This document shows, one piece after another, positions 20,046 to 29,954 of a stretch of DNA of 64,000 nucleotides. A program made the position numbers and the translations under genes. Within the stretch, counting starts at the first letter, position 1; every line of letters begins with the position of its first letter. The notes beneath the pieces were generated by a model. It was not told the DNA's origin. It saw only the letters and a list, made by a program, of their open reading frames with translations, and ran no database searches. The stretch lies in NCBI GenBank assembly GCA_965215885.1, contig CBDCEW010000099.1, positions 32,001-96,000 on the forward strand. Direction: 5' to 3'. Source of the stretch: Candidatus Moanibacter sp. (GTDB lineage: Bacteria > Verrucomicrobiota > Verrucomicrobiia > Opitutales > UBA2987).

Positions 20046-22232
20046 ATGGCGGCAGAGGAGACGAAACTGGAGTCAGTTCTTAGGAGAACCGTAGGCTCGC
20101 AGGGCTCAAAGGGAGAAACTCTCCTGGAGAATGCGACCGCCGGGCAGGTCACGGTCATCGAGGATGACATACAGCAATACCGCAATGACTGCATTGAATA
20201 TCTCGAAAGGGACTTTGGGAAATACGTAATTCGGGAGCCGATGCCCGTGGCTTCAGCAGAGGCGGATCTGTTTCTCGCGAATGATCGCGATACTGGTGTG
20301 GAGGTCGTGATTAAGCATTATCGTTTTGGAGTGGTGCCCAAGGTGGAGATTGCACAGAAGATTCAAGGCCCAGGCTGCGATCACATCATTGGGCTATTGG
20401 AAACAGGCGAGAAAGGAGGGCGGGTATTTGAGGTCATCGAGTATGCTCCTTTCGGAACCCTGGAGAATCTTCTGGAAGACATCAAAAGGGAGGAGAGTCT
20501 TCAACGTGAGACATTAGGCGAAATTGCGGCTGCGATCAATTACCTGCATGGAATCGATATAATTCATCGCGATATCAAACCCTCAAATATCCTCCTACGT
20601 CGACGCGATCCTCTAAACCTGGTGCTGACCGATTTCGGTATTTCGAGTGAAACGCATCTCTCACTCCATTTGACCACGACAAACCGGACCATCACCTACA
20701 GTGCGCCGGAAGCGCTGGTTGGTGTAGTGGCCCAGGCTTCGGATTGGTGGAGCCTCGGAATCATTATTCTTGAAATGACATCCGGGCGTCATCCATTTGC
20801 GGATATGACGGAGACGGCGGTGAATTTTCACCTTGTTTCGAAACCGGTTCCGGTGCCGGAGAATCTACCGGAGGAGTGGCAACAACTAATCAAGGGATTA
20901 CTCACTCGTGACCAGTACAGACGCTGGGGATACCCGGAGATCCAGCGATGGTTGGACGGGGAGACAATAATACCCCTCGATTACGAGAGTGAGACGGAAG
21001 GGGGAGTTTCAACCGGAATTTCCACGAAGCCGTATCGATTCGAAGACTCAGAGTTTGTCGATCCGCAATCCTTAGCGGAAGCGTTCGCCAAGGATTGGAG
21101 GGAGGCGATACAGCACATCGAGCGGCGCTACGTTGAGAGTTGGTTGGCCAACGATCTGGGTGATCAGCAGAGAGCCAAGCAGTTGGGGGATCTCCTTGAG
21201 GATTCGGAACTTCACCGGGATTGTTACCTTTCGCTTGCGCTACTCATCCTCAATACAGATCTTCCGCTTGTATTTAAAGGCGAGGTGGTGTCGAGGGAGT
21301 GGATGGTAAGTAATGTCAGGGACTCCATTCGCATGCTGGAATCGACGTTTCCGGATTGGCATCGGAAATTAACCGGTGATTCATGGATCGCTGATTTGAG
21401 AGATCACCGTATCTCCGTTATCAATGAGCTCGAACCTCACTATGATTTGGTCAAGGAGAGCGGGCAGAGCCCGACTCGCCCACCAATTTCGATGGGGCGA
21501 AGCAAGAAAGTGCCGGCAATGGCGGTTTCTGAAATCGTAAACCAGTATATCCTAAACGAGCCTCAAGAGATTATTGAAGGCGCCGCGAAATTTCGTGAAG
21601 GATTTCACAAAGCCAGGCATCCGTATCTGGCAAAACTCCTCAAACAATCAGAGCTTAGACTCTATGAGGCTATTCTATTGTTGTGTGCGCCACGCGATCT
21701 CTATCTCACTCGCCGACAATCTTACTTTCGCGCTCTATCGCAGTATGGCTTGAGTTTGGATCTTGCGCGTGTTGAACAGCTACTTGATTGCATACCGGAA
21801 GAGGTCGTTGAGCAGGCCATATCCTTTCGTGAGAAGTTTGCCTATAGCAATAACGAGAGGCTGCAGGAGTGTCTGCGGGTGGAGGAACTATCACTGCCGG
21901 ACGCTATTGCACTTCTTACATGTGATCCCGAATATCTGGTAACAGAGGAACAATGTAAGGGGGAGGAACAAGAGAAGCTGGTAAAGGAACGATTCGAGAA
22001 GCTGAGATCTCGTGGGTGGCCGGTTGATCGCGAATATGTCAAAGCTCTTTTCCCCTTTGGGAAATCCGAAGTCGTGCAGGAGGCATTGAAATTCAGGCAA
22101 GATTACAGAAAGGCGCTGGATCCCAATCTGCACGCACTTCTCAAGAAGGGAGATCTTTCATATGCGGAGGCTTTTGCTTTGCTGGCCTCTCCCAGAGACC
22201 TCTACGTGACGAAACTCAGATTCCGGTTATGA
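20046..22232 (+). CDS. Hanks-type Ser/Thr protein kinase with three C-terminal helical repeats
   Basis: VVIK, HRDIKPSN, DFG, YSAPE, DWWSLG; no evident TM segment. Confidence 0.92.
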   Translation: MAAEETKLESVLRRTVGSQGSKGETLLENATAGQVTVIEDDIQQYRNDCIEYLERDFGKYVIREPMPVASAEADLFLANDRDTGVEVVIKHYRFGVVPKVEIAQKIQGPGCDHIIGLLETGEKGGRVFEVIEYAPFGTLENLLEDIKREESLQRETLGEIAAAINYLHGIDIIHRDIKPSNILLRRRDPLNLVLTDFGISSETHLSLHLTTTNRTITYSAPEALVGVVAQASDWWSLGIIILEMTSGRHPFADMTETAVNFHLVSKPVPVPENLPEEWQQLIKGLLTRDQYRRWGYPEIQRWLDGETIIPLDYESETEGGVSTGISTKPYRFEDSEFVDPQSLAEAFAKDWREAIQHIERRYVESWLANDLGDQQRAKQLGDLLEDSELHRDCYLSLALLILNTDLPLVFKGEVVSREWMVSNVRDSIRMLESTFPDWHRKLTGDSWIADLRDHRISVINELEPHYDLVKESGQSPTRPPISMGRSKKVPAMAVSEIVNQYILNEPQEIIEGAAKFREGFHKARHPYLAKLLKQSELRLYEAILLLCAPRDLYLTRRQSYFRALSQYGLSLDLARVEQLLDCIPEEVVEQAISFREKFAYSNNERLQECLRVEELSLPDAIALLTCDPEYLVTEEQCKGEEQEKLVKERFEKLRSRGWPVDREYVKALFPFGKSEVVQEALKFRQDYRKALDPNLHALLKKGDLSYAEAFALLASPRDLYVTKLRFRL

Positions 22233-22234
22233 CA

Positions 22235-22402
22235 CCAGGAACCTGTCGGACTCTGTCGTCGGATTGTTATGCAAGTGCCAAATCGCGTCCGACAGGCTCC
22301 TGGTAAGAAATCTGTCGGTAGGAACTTAGCCTTAACCTGCATTGGTCGCCTTGATATCTAAACCTCGGTATATTGCGAAAGCACAAGTCCGACAGATTCC
22401 TA
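22235..22402. repeat. Two tandem family-B MITE-like elements
   Basis: IRs CCAGGAACCTGTCGGAC/GTCCGACAGGCTCCTGG (22235-22303) and AATCTGTCGG/CCGACAGATT (22304-22402). Confidence 0.75.
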
Positions 22403-23245
22403 ATGGAGATCCAAATAAACAAAGTCCACTTTCCTGTCACGACCCTAGGAGCCGCCCACCGCCAGTTGACCATTCGTTTCGGTTGTCCGGTTCTTTTGTC
22501 CTGCCCGCTGTTGATCGTGACCGGAGCGGATCCATTCCACTGGGTCATGTTCTGGGCCGTTTCGAAGTGCGAACGATCGGTCCCGAACGCGCACAGCAAC
22601 CGGGGACTCATGACCTCGCCGGCTCCGGGAATGCCACTCGGATATGGAAGGCGCGTGGGGATTTGGACACAAGGGTGTTCCATCGTGCGGTGTCCGGGTT
22701 GCGTAAGCCGGGATACGTGGGAAACGCACGCCGGTTCAGCAATTGAAGTCGACATGTTACTTGAGGGGATTTCAAAATGGTTGAGACAAGCGGACGGGGT
22801 AACAGTTTCCGGGGGGGAGCCTTTTGATCAACCGGAGGCCTTGAGTTTTCTACTTGGCAGGATTCGCGCCGAATGTTCAGGAGACATCCTCGTCTATTCT
22901 GGTTATTCGAAGGAGAGACTATTTACGAGATTTTCCCCCTTGGTAGGTAAAATCGACGTTCTCATCTCCGAACCCTACACTCACGATTGCAGTGATAACC
23001 TTTACCTGCGTGGTTCTGATAACCAGAAAATATCTTTCATAACCGACCTTGCTCGAAGTATCGATCCCGAGGGAATCAATTTCATGGAAAAACCTGACCG
23101 CCCTTCATTCGACGTCAGTTTTGATGGCGAGACACTTTGGTTGGCGGGAATTCCAAAACGCGGCGAATTGAAGCAATTCAAGGAAATCCTCCTGCGTAAC
23201 GGCTACAGCTGCGTGACATCTGAGAGTTTGATAGTGCGCGCCTAG
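22403..23245 (+). CDS. NrdG-like radical SAM (4Fe-4S single cluster) protein with an in-frame foreign insert
   Basis: HFPVTTLG...GRRVGIWTQGCS..CPGC, GVTVSGGEPFDQ, YSGY, LRGSDNQ. Confidence 0.85.
   Translation: MEIQINKVHFPVTTLGAAHRQLTIRFGCPVLLSCPLLIVTGADPFHWVMFWAVSKCERSVPNAHSNRGLMTSPAPGMPLGYGRRVGIWTQGCSIVRCPGCVSRDTWETHAGSAIEVDMLLEGISKWLRQADGVTVSGGEPFDQPEALSFLLGRIRAECSGDILVYSGYSKERLFTRFSPLVGKIDVLISEPYTHDCSDNLYLRGSDNQKISFITDLARSIDPEGINFMEKPDRPSFDVSFDGETLWLAGIPKRGELKQFKEILLRNGYSCVTSESLIVRA
22445..22636 (-). mobile_element. Internal fragment of an IS110-family transposase
   Basis: Minus strand reads IPGAGEVMSPRLLCAFGTDRSHF...GSAPVTINSG...VNWRWAAP, matching the IS110 C-terminal (Transposase_20) pattern. 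Confidence 0.7.
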
Positions 23246-23340
23246 GAAGCTGTCGGATTTCGCTTAGCGACTTTTCCGAACGCTCCTGCATTCTGGGACC
23301 ATTCGTGGATCACGGCCGATTCCACTACCGACCTCTTCCT
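23242..23340. repeat. Degenerate family-B element
   Basis: TAGGAAGCTGTCGG...CCGACCTCTTCCT; starts at the radical SAM stop codon. Confidence 0.55.
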
Positions 23341-23432
23341 CGTCACTCTAGGGGCCTTTCGGTATAGTCCGGCAGGTTCTCGTAGGATCGTTTTGCCTTC
23401 CTGCCGTTTCTTTGCCTAACTGGAATTCGAAA

Positions 23433-24071
23433 ATGGTGGAAACGTCCGATTCAAAGGTCAAGATATGTCCCAGCTGCGAAGGGGAGAATTTGTCTGTCGA
23501 CTTTTTCTGCAGGAGCTGTGGGGCGGACATTTCCTCCGTTGAGACTCAGGAAAAGGGGACCGAGTCGGAGAATAGAGAAAAGACGGATGACGAAGAGCAC
23601 CCTCATGAAGGGAAAGTATGTCCTGAATGCGGCAGCAGGGTTGAGGCGGTTTTCCCTCTTTGTTCCACATGCGGGCATGAATTTTCGGAGGAGGGTAATG
23701 AAATTCATGGGCCCGGGAGGGCGGTCGGCAAGGGGAGGTTAATCGAAGAAAGGGAGCCTCTTCAACTAGTAATCGGGGAAGACGTATTTCCGCTTGCCAA
23801 CGGTGATATTCTTGGCCGCGAAGGGACTGTGGCCGGGGATTACTTCAATACTTTTCCAACCGTTTCGCGGCAGCACCTCTTTGTAGCATTCGATGGCCGA
23901 AATTGGTCAATCTCGGTGCCGCGATCGGTAAGAAACCCTACTCTCCTCGATGGCAAAGAAATGACACGCGGTCAGATGCTCGTTCTGAGCGGGGAACATC
24001 GTGTTCAATTGTCGTCTCAATGTTCAGTAACACTGAGAGTATCTCATCACGGTTCTGGCGATGGCCCGTGA
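23433..24071 (+). CDS. Double zinc-ribbon plus FHA domain protein
   Basis: CPSC/CRSC and CPEC/CSTC pairs; FHA motifs LGR, VSRQH, NPT.LDG. Confidence 0.88.
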   Translation: MVETSDSKVKICPSCEGENLSVDFFCRSCGADISSVETQEKGTESENREKTDDEEHPHEGKVCPECGSRVEAVFPLCSTCGHEFSEEGNEIHGPGRAVGKGRLIEEREPLQLVIGEDVFPLANGDILGREGTVAGDYFNTFPTVSRQHLFVAFDGRNWSISVPRSVRNPTLLDGKEMTRGQMLVLSGEHRVQLSSQCSVTLRVSHHGSGDGP

Positions 24072-24081
24072 GCTTGGGGTG

Positions 24082-24263
24082 CTAGCCCGGACATTTCACA
24101 AACCATCTGCTGCGACCACAGATGTCACTGCGGATCAAGGCCTTCTCTTCTTCGGCGACCTCAGAGGGTTCCAACACACTGTCGCCCGCCGGACTGCGAA
24201 AAGACCTTGATCCGCAGCAACCTACGCGGTCTCGCTACGATGTGTGTGAAATGTCCGGGCTAG
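24082..24263. mobile_element. Family-A MITE-like element, copy 1
   Basis: Perfect 19-bp terminal IR CTAGCCCGGACATTTCACA; non-coding; homologous to 29951 and 35369. Confidence 0.85.
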
Positions 24264-24285
24264 AGGCTGGTACTGTAAGAGAATC

Positions 24286-24444
24286 CTACTCTTCAGGCTT
24301 GGTCTTGGGGAGACCGCTGACCCGGTCACCTTCTTTCCATTGTCCTCTTTTCTTTAGAAGGGCTACCCTTTCAAAGCGCTTGAGGACGTTTTTCTTTCTC
24401 AGGGCGCGACCACCGCCCTTTTTAAAGCTGGAGTGCTGGGACAT
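24286..24444 (-). CDS. PVC small basic protein (TIGR04137-like)
   Basis: MSQHSSF...KNVLKRFERV...W...GLPK pattern. Confidence 0.85.
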   Translation of the reverse strand: MSQHSSFKKGGGRALRKKNVLKRFERVALLKKRGQWKEGDRVSGLPKTKPEE

Positions 24445-24487
24445 GATGTTCGCCTGATTAAAGAGAATCATATTGAAAGATCAACGA

Positions 24488-24808
24488 TTATTTTGAACAC
24501 ATCTCCATGGCCCAATCAAGGTAAGGTTTGGAAACGTCTACTGTCTCGAACACGACCCACTCCGGGGTTTCATAAGGATGAATTTTCAAAATCCAATCTC
24601 GCAGCGAATCGGCGAGGCCTTCGGGAAACTTGAACATAATCCGATATTCGGAGGAACTCTCGACTGAGTTTTTCCAAGTATATACGGATTCTATGGGACC
24701 TTCGATCTGTGCACAGGCCGCGAGCTTCTCCTTGACCGCGCCATGGGCAAGTTTTTCGGCATCATCCCGGGTTTCAGTGGTGGAATATCCAATACATAAA
24801 TTGCTCAT
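24488..24808 (-). CDS. cutA: Divalent-cation tolerance protein CutA
   Basis: LAACAQI, SVYTW, HPYETPE, YLDW. Confidence 0.93.
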   Translation of the reverse strand: MSNLCIGYSTTETRDDAEKLAHGAVKEKLAACAQIEGPIESVYTWKNSVESSSEYRIMFKFPEGLADSLRDWILKIHPYETPEWVVFETVDVSKPYLDWAMEMCSK

Positions 24809-24955
24809 GAGGCAAATTAACTAAGAAAGCTGTTGTAAAACCGCAACAATGTTCCCATTTTACCTGATTTTCCATTTTCCTGCGTGGCAGGAAGTGGCTG
24901 TTTAATTGAAGGGACATTTTTGTAATTGTCCTAACTAAAAAGGAGCACGCGCACC

Positions 24956-25171
24956 TTGAGAGACGACTATATTGAGGAAGCACAGAAAATCATCCCCGAC
25001 CCTAATATCTTGATCAATGTGGTATCGCGGAGAGTTAAACAGTTAAAATTTGGCCAGAAGCCACTCGTAGAATCCCTGGAGCGACTTAGCCTGGAAGATA
25101 CCGCGCTACGTGAAGTGATCGAAGGCAAGATAGATTACGAACTCTTCGAGCAGGATTCTGAAGAAGAGTAG
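24956..25171 (+). CDS. rpoZ: RNA polymerase omega subunit
   Basis: LINVVSRRVKQL..G.KPLV...ALREVIEGKI. Confidence 0.85.
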   Translation: MRDDYIEEAQKIIPDPNILINVVSRRVKQLKFGQKPLVESLERLSLEDTALREVIEGKIDYELFEQDSEEE

Positions 25172-25478
25172 CTCGGAAATCTTGTGAGATTGCAAGTAGG
25201 TAGCGGATCTGGTTCACCCAATCCATTATTCCTGCTTTCCGAGTGTGGACAAGGAGTCAGCCGCCTTCGCCGCGACAATATTGCGAGCCAAGAGCCATAG
25301 GCATGCCGTAGGGCAGGATTCGGGGTGAATCGCCTTGCGGGACAGTTGCCCAGATAAATACAAATTACTCCGATCGTGTCCGTCATCGGAGCAGCTTTGA
25401 AATTGAAACTCGTTGGCAAGTGGATACCCTGCTAGTATTCATTCTCATTACCGTTATCTATCAACCAACCCTCGCGAG

Positions 25479-27832
25479 ATGATATCCAATATTAGAGAGC
25501 GAGCGATTCTGCTCCTCGTGGCTTTCGGAATTGCCAATACTACCTACGCTTCAACGCTGATCGATTACTTCGATAATGCTGTCATAGACGCCACTAAGTG
25601 GATCATCCTGCTCCCGATTGCGGATTCCGACCTCTCCGTCTCAAAAACAGCACCATCCAGTTTCGTTCACGCGGAACCCTCGCATCGACACTCAGATTCG
25701 AGGACCGGATCGAAATCGTCGGTCGATTTCAATTCAAGAGTTCCGATGATAACTTCAAAGTCGTTTTCCGCTCGAGCCTCGATTCAGTCAATGAAAGTGG
25801 GGAGAGGAACGGAATCATCGTCGCCTTCGCGAACGATGGAAACGAGGTCAGCATTCAGGAATCCCAGGAAAATTCGATGGAGATCCTCGCCGCGACACCG
25901 GTCGATCTAGAAAATGAACAGGACGTCGAATTTCGGATTAACGACGATGGTCAAATTATCGCACTTTACATCGATGACTTTCAGACTCCCCTCCTCTCCG
26001 CGAATAGCGCTTTTCGAGCCGGAGGGCATGTTGCAATCTACAACCGCGAACTCTCATCCTCGGAGTCCGAATTGGACTTCGTATTCGTGGCTAACGATTC
26101 TGGAGGTGGGATAGGACAGAAATTCAGCGCATCCATTCGCGCTAATTCCTTCTCCTTTTCTCTCGGAAGCACCCGCATAAACACGGCGGACACTGTAGTT
26201 TTCACCACATACGACGGCCTGTCTGAGACACCTCTCTTCGACACTTTTGGCTCTGCGGTGGTCGTGAGCGGTGAATTCAAACCTGTGCCAATTGGAAGTA
26301 CGACATACCGCTCTGACTACGGCGTAATCGATCCGGACGGAAATCTGAACGAATTTGGCACGGTGACCACGCAATTTCCCGAGGTGGACACCGATGGCAA
26401 CGGCGTTGTCGATTCCTTGCAGATCGAGAACAGCACTTCTCTTACAATAAGCGGAACAGCGGTTCCCGACTTCAGTGCAAGTGGTACTGGTGATTCTGTC
26501 TTTACGGTATCGCTCACACGCATGCCGGGTGCTTCATTCGGCAATTACGCCGGCCAATTCTCAAACGCGGTAAACTCCTCTTCTTTCGAGGGGATATTCG
26601 GTCTCCTTGATGTCAGCGGCTTCGCCTTTTACGGGATGGCCACGTCAAACACGATCGAGATAAATCTGGAGAGTCGCTCGCTCGGCTTGCTCCTTCTGGA
26701 TTTGAGTGGCCTTACGACATTCCGCATCGACGGGCTGGATCAACTCACGATTGATTCGTTTACTCTCATCGACCGCCCAACAGGCGATGAATTTGGTGTA
26801 TTCGAATCTGTCCTTACTCGCAATGGCGATACTTATCGGGGCGAGTTTGAGATCTTTGACGGACTTCAAAACACCTCCTGGCGCGACTTTCAAAATTATG
26901 TCATCGAAGTCACGGATCCAAATGATAGTGATAATGACGGAATTCCAAACCTGACCGATCCCGTTCCCAGTCAGGACGACTCCGATTCAATCTTATTGTC
27001 GGGTAGCGCCCGCCTCGTCAACGACCGCACCCTCTTTCAGGATAATATCTACAATGGATTTGAGTTGAGCGGCCCCCGCGCTTCTTTCTCGTCGCGTCCC
27101 GGTGAAATCACAAGAGTGTCTTTCATTGATCCGGACGGCGATCTCATCTTCGTCGAGTTCGGAAGTGACGATGAAAACACCTTATTGACGATTTTACTCG
27201 AGGATTTCCAGGAACCGCAACCTTCTCCCTACACCCAACCGGGGACACGCTATGTAGAGGGCCTTGCTAATATCACAATCGACAATCCCACGCCGGCAAC
27301 CTTCATCTCCATCTTTTCCCTTGGAAACGACGCTGCCCGAGTGGACCCTTCACTCATAAACATTCAGACCCTGGAAATTCCTGTTGATGGAATCGCGGAC
27401 GTTAAGTTCCTTCGGATAAATGCCCCCGAAGGGATGCAGGCGACCATTGGAGGCATAAACGCCGCCAATGCCGACTTTACGGGAAGGTTCGGATTTGTCG
27501 GTATCGACGCGCTCAATACCAACGTCAACCTCTTTCTCTTTATCGGAGACATTACTCCCTTGGACTCAGCGCTTCCAAGAATCATCGTAAACCCGGATTC
27601 CCCCATCTCGGAAATTCGAATTACCGGTGGAGACCTCCGCGAGGCAACCGAAGACAAGCAGATAGACACGAACGGAGCGGTATATTTCTTTGATATCATC
27701 GCTGACGAAGGCCAGCGCTCAATAAGCAACGGATTTCTGCGCTTCGATCTCGGCGACGGAAGTATTCCAGCGGCGACCGATACCTTCGAGGAAAATATCG
27801 ATAGTTACTTCGTGACCGACGGTCAAAGATGA
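25479..27832 (+). CDS. Large secreted acidic beta-rich protein; signal-peptide segment frameshifted near 25642
   Basis: The signal-like MISNIRERAILLLVAFGIANTTYA frame joins ORF 25598-27832 if one A is added to the A5 run. DxDxNG/DxDxDG Ca-binding-like motifs present. Confidence 0.7.
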
Positions 27833-27905
27833 CCTGACGTCATGTTTTTTCGTTCGGCGGGAGTCCGGAGAGAAAAGACGAACGCGAAGGTCCAACGGAT
27901 TTCCA

Positions 27906-28382
27906 TTGAGCAAAAAGAGAGACAGCAAACTCCGCTACAGAGAGATTCGAAACAAAAAGGTCTACAGGAATTTCTTTGTAGGCGAGGCTTTTGAGGCGGG
28001 AATCGTACTGACTGGAACCGAAGTGAAGTCGATTCGGAGCGGGCAGGTACAGATTAGCGACTCCTTTGCAAGAGTGGAAAAGGGAAGGGTGATGCTTTAC
28101 CATGCCCATATCGCGGAATACGCATTTGGAAGTGGCAGCAACCATAATCCTTACCGTCCGAGGGAGCTATTGCTGCACAAACGCGAGATTCGCAAGATCG
28201 GCCAAGAGCTTCAAAGTGGAGGAAAATCTCTAGTGCCTACACGGATGTACTTCAGGAAGGCGCTGATAAAAGTTGAGATCGCTCTGTGCACCGGAAAGAA
28301 ACATGGCGATAAACGGCAGGATCTGAGAAAGAAAGTCGAGCTTCGGGAAGCACAACGCTTTTTAAAGTATCGAGAAAGATGA
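27906..28382 (+). CDS. smpB: SsrA-binding protein
   Basis: EAGIVLTGTEVKSIR, LLLHKREI, GKK..DKR. Confidence 0.97.
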   Translation: MSKKRDSKLRYREIRNKKVYRNFFVGEAFEAGIVLTGTEVKSIRSGQVQISDSFARVEKGRVMLYHAHIAEYAFGSGSNHNPYRPRELLLHKREIRKIGQELQSGGKSLVPTRMYFRKALIKVEIALCTGKKHGDKRQDLRKKVELREAQRFLKYRER

Positions 28383-28403
28383 GAGAACGATCAGTAGATC
28401 GTG

Positions 28404-29954
28404 ATGAAAAGTAAAGGTGTAATTGCGGCCGGACATATTGAAACCGCGCGGGCGGGAAGAGCAGCTCTGGAGGCGGGAGGAAATGCGTTCGATGCCGCAG
28501 TTGCCGCTTTTTTCGCAGCCTGTGTGGCGGAGACGGTTCTCACTTCGCCCGGCGGTGGCGGTTTTCTCCTTGCGCACACTCCGAGTGAGGAAGTGCTCTA
28601 TGACTTTTTTACGCAGACTCCTCGGAATTCCCTATTAAGGGAACTCAATTTTTATCCGGTTGAGGCGGATTTCGGAGCAACGAAGCAAGAGTTTCACATT
28701 GGAATCGGCGCCTGTGCCACACCCGGCGCAATTCGAGGAATCTTCGAAGTCCATGCCAACCACTGTACGCTGCCTATGAATGTCCTCATTGAACCGGCTC
28801 TGAAGTTGGGGAGAGAGGGAGTGGCAATCGATGGTTTTCTGCCGTATCTGTTTAAAGTCGTTGAGCAGATCTACCTCGCTACTCCCGGGTCAGTCGAGAT
28901 TTTCCAAAGTAAGAGAAACCCTCCAAAAGTTGTGGGCGAAAAGGACGTATTGAAACAACATGAATTGGCGGATTTCTTTGAGACGCTTGCTGCCGAAGGT
29001 CCCGATTTTTTCTATCTGGGAGAAGTGGCCCACACCATCGTGGGCGAGTGTAATGAAAGAGGGGGTCAACTCACCCTGGAGGACTTTGCGAAATATAAGG
29101 TGGAAAAACGACACCCCTTGATTGTGAGGTATAATGAGGCGAAGATCCTGACGAACCCACTCCCTTCACTCGGTGGAACGCTGATTGGTTTAGCTCTCAA
29201 ATTACTTGAAGAGGCCCGAGTCCACCAACACTCTTTTGGCTCCTTACCTCACCTTGATATTCTCGCTCGCTCCATGGAACTGACCGGCGATGTAAAACAG
29301 AAGCATTGTGGGTACGAATCGCTGGAGAGTGGCGCGGTGAAGGAGTTGATGGATCCGAGACTGAATGCGGACTTCCAGAAGATCATTTCCCGGCACGCTT
29401 TGAGTATTCAAGGAACGACCCATATCAGTGTGATTGACGTTGAAGGGAATGTAGCCGCTTTGACAATGTCGAACGGCTCCGGCTCCGGTTTTATTGTGCC
29501 AGGGTGCGGCTTTATGTTGAACAACATGCTTGGTGAAGAAGATCTCAATCGGCGAGGCTTTCACCGCTGGGAGCCGAATACGAGAATAGCCTCGATGATG
29601 TCGCCCAGCATTATCTTCAAAGGGAAAGGCATCACTGCGACAGGTTCGGGCGGATCTAATAGAATTCGCTCAGCCATCCTTCAGGTGATGCTCAATTGTA
29701 TCGATTTCGATATGAGGGTGGAAGATTCGGTCAAAAGCCCGCGTATCCATTTCGAAAATGGCCTCTTGAATGTTGAGGATGGATTCCCTCGAGAGGTAAT
29801 CGATTCTCTAAAGAACCAATATGCCAGCCTTAAGCTCTGGCCTGACCGCAGCTTATTCTTTGGAGGCGCCCACACCGCCTACCGCCTCGCTACAGGTGAA
29901 TTGGGAGGCGTCGGTGATCCCAGGCGGGGAGGCGTCTGCCTTTTGGTCCCGTAG
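28404..29954 (+). CDS. ggt: Gamma-glutamyltranspeptidase family protein
   Basis: GGNAFDAAVA, GGGGF, catalytic TTHISV, SMMSP, GSGGSNRI, DPRRGG. Confidence 0.88.
   Translation: MKSKGVIAAGHIETARAGRAALEAGGNAFDAAVAAFFAACVAETVLTSPGGGGFLLAHTPSEEVLYDFFTQTPRNSLLRELNFYPVEADFGATKQEFHIGIGACATPGAIRGIFEVHANHCTLPMNVLIEPALKLGREGVAIDGFLPYLFKVVEQIYLATPGSVEIFQSKRNPPKVVGEKDVLKQHELADFFETLAAEGPDFFYLGEVAHTIVGECNERGGQLTLEDFAKYKVEKRHPLIVRYNEAKILTNPLPSLGGTLIGLALKLLEEARVHQHSFGSLPHLDILARSMELTGDVKQKHCGYESLESGAVKELMDPRLNADFQKIISRHALSIQGTTHISVIDVEGNVAALTMSNGSGSGFIVPGCGFMLNNMLGEEDLNRRGFHRWEPNTRIASMMSPSIIFKGKGITATGSGGSNRIRSAILQVMLNCIDFDMRVEDSVKSPRIHFENGLLNVEDGFPREVIDSLKNQYASLKLWPDRSLFFGGAHTAYRLATGELGGVGDPRRGGVCLLVP

Noticed and set aside
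21491..21503. 13-bp match between the kinase interior and the 15700 repeat
   Set aside because: Matches this short are expected by chance in 64 kb.
22403..23245. Bona fide nrdG
   Set aside because: No nrdD nearby; the context points to a different role, so no symbol was given.
18079..24071. Type VI secretion locus (ClpV, PpkA, Fha)
   Set aside because: No Hcp, VgrG, sheath or membrane-complex genes; the ATPase lacks the two-ring ClpV layout and the kinase has no TM segment.
25172..25478. tmRNA or other ncRNA near smpB/rpoZ
   Set aside because: No tRNA-like ends or tag reading frame recognised; an Rfam search would be needed.
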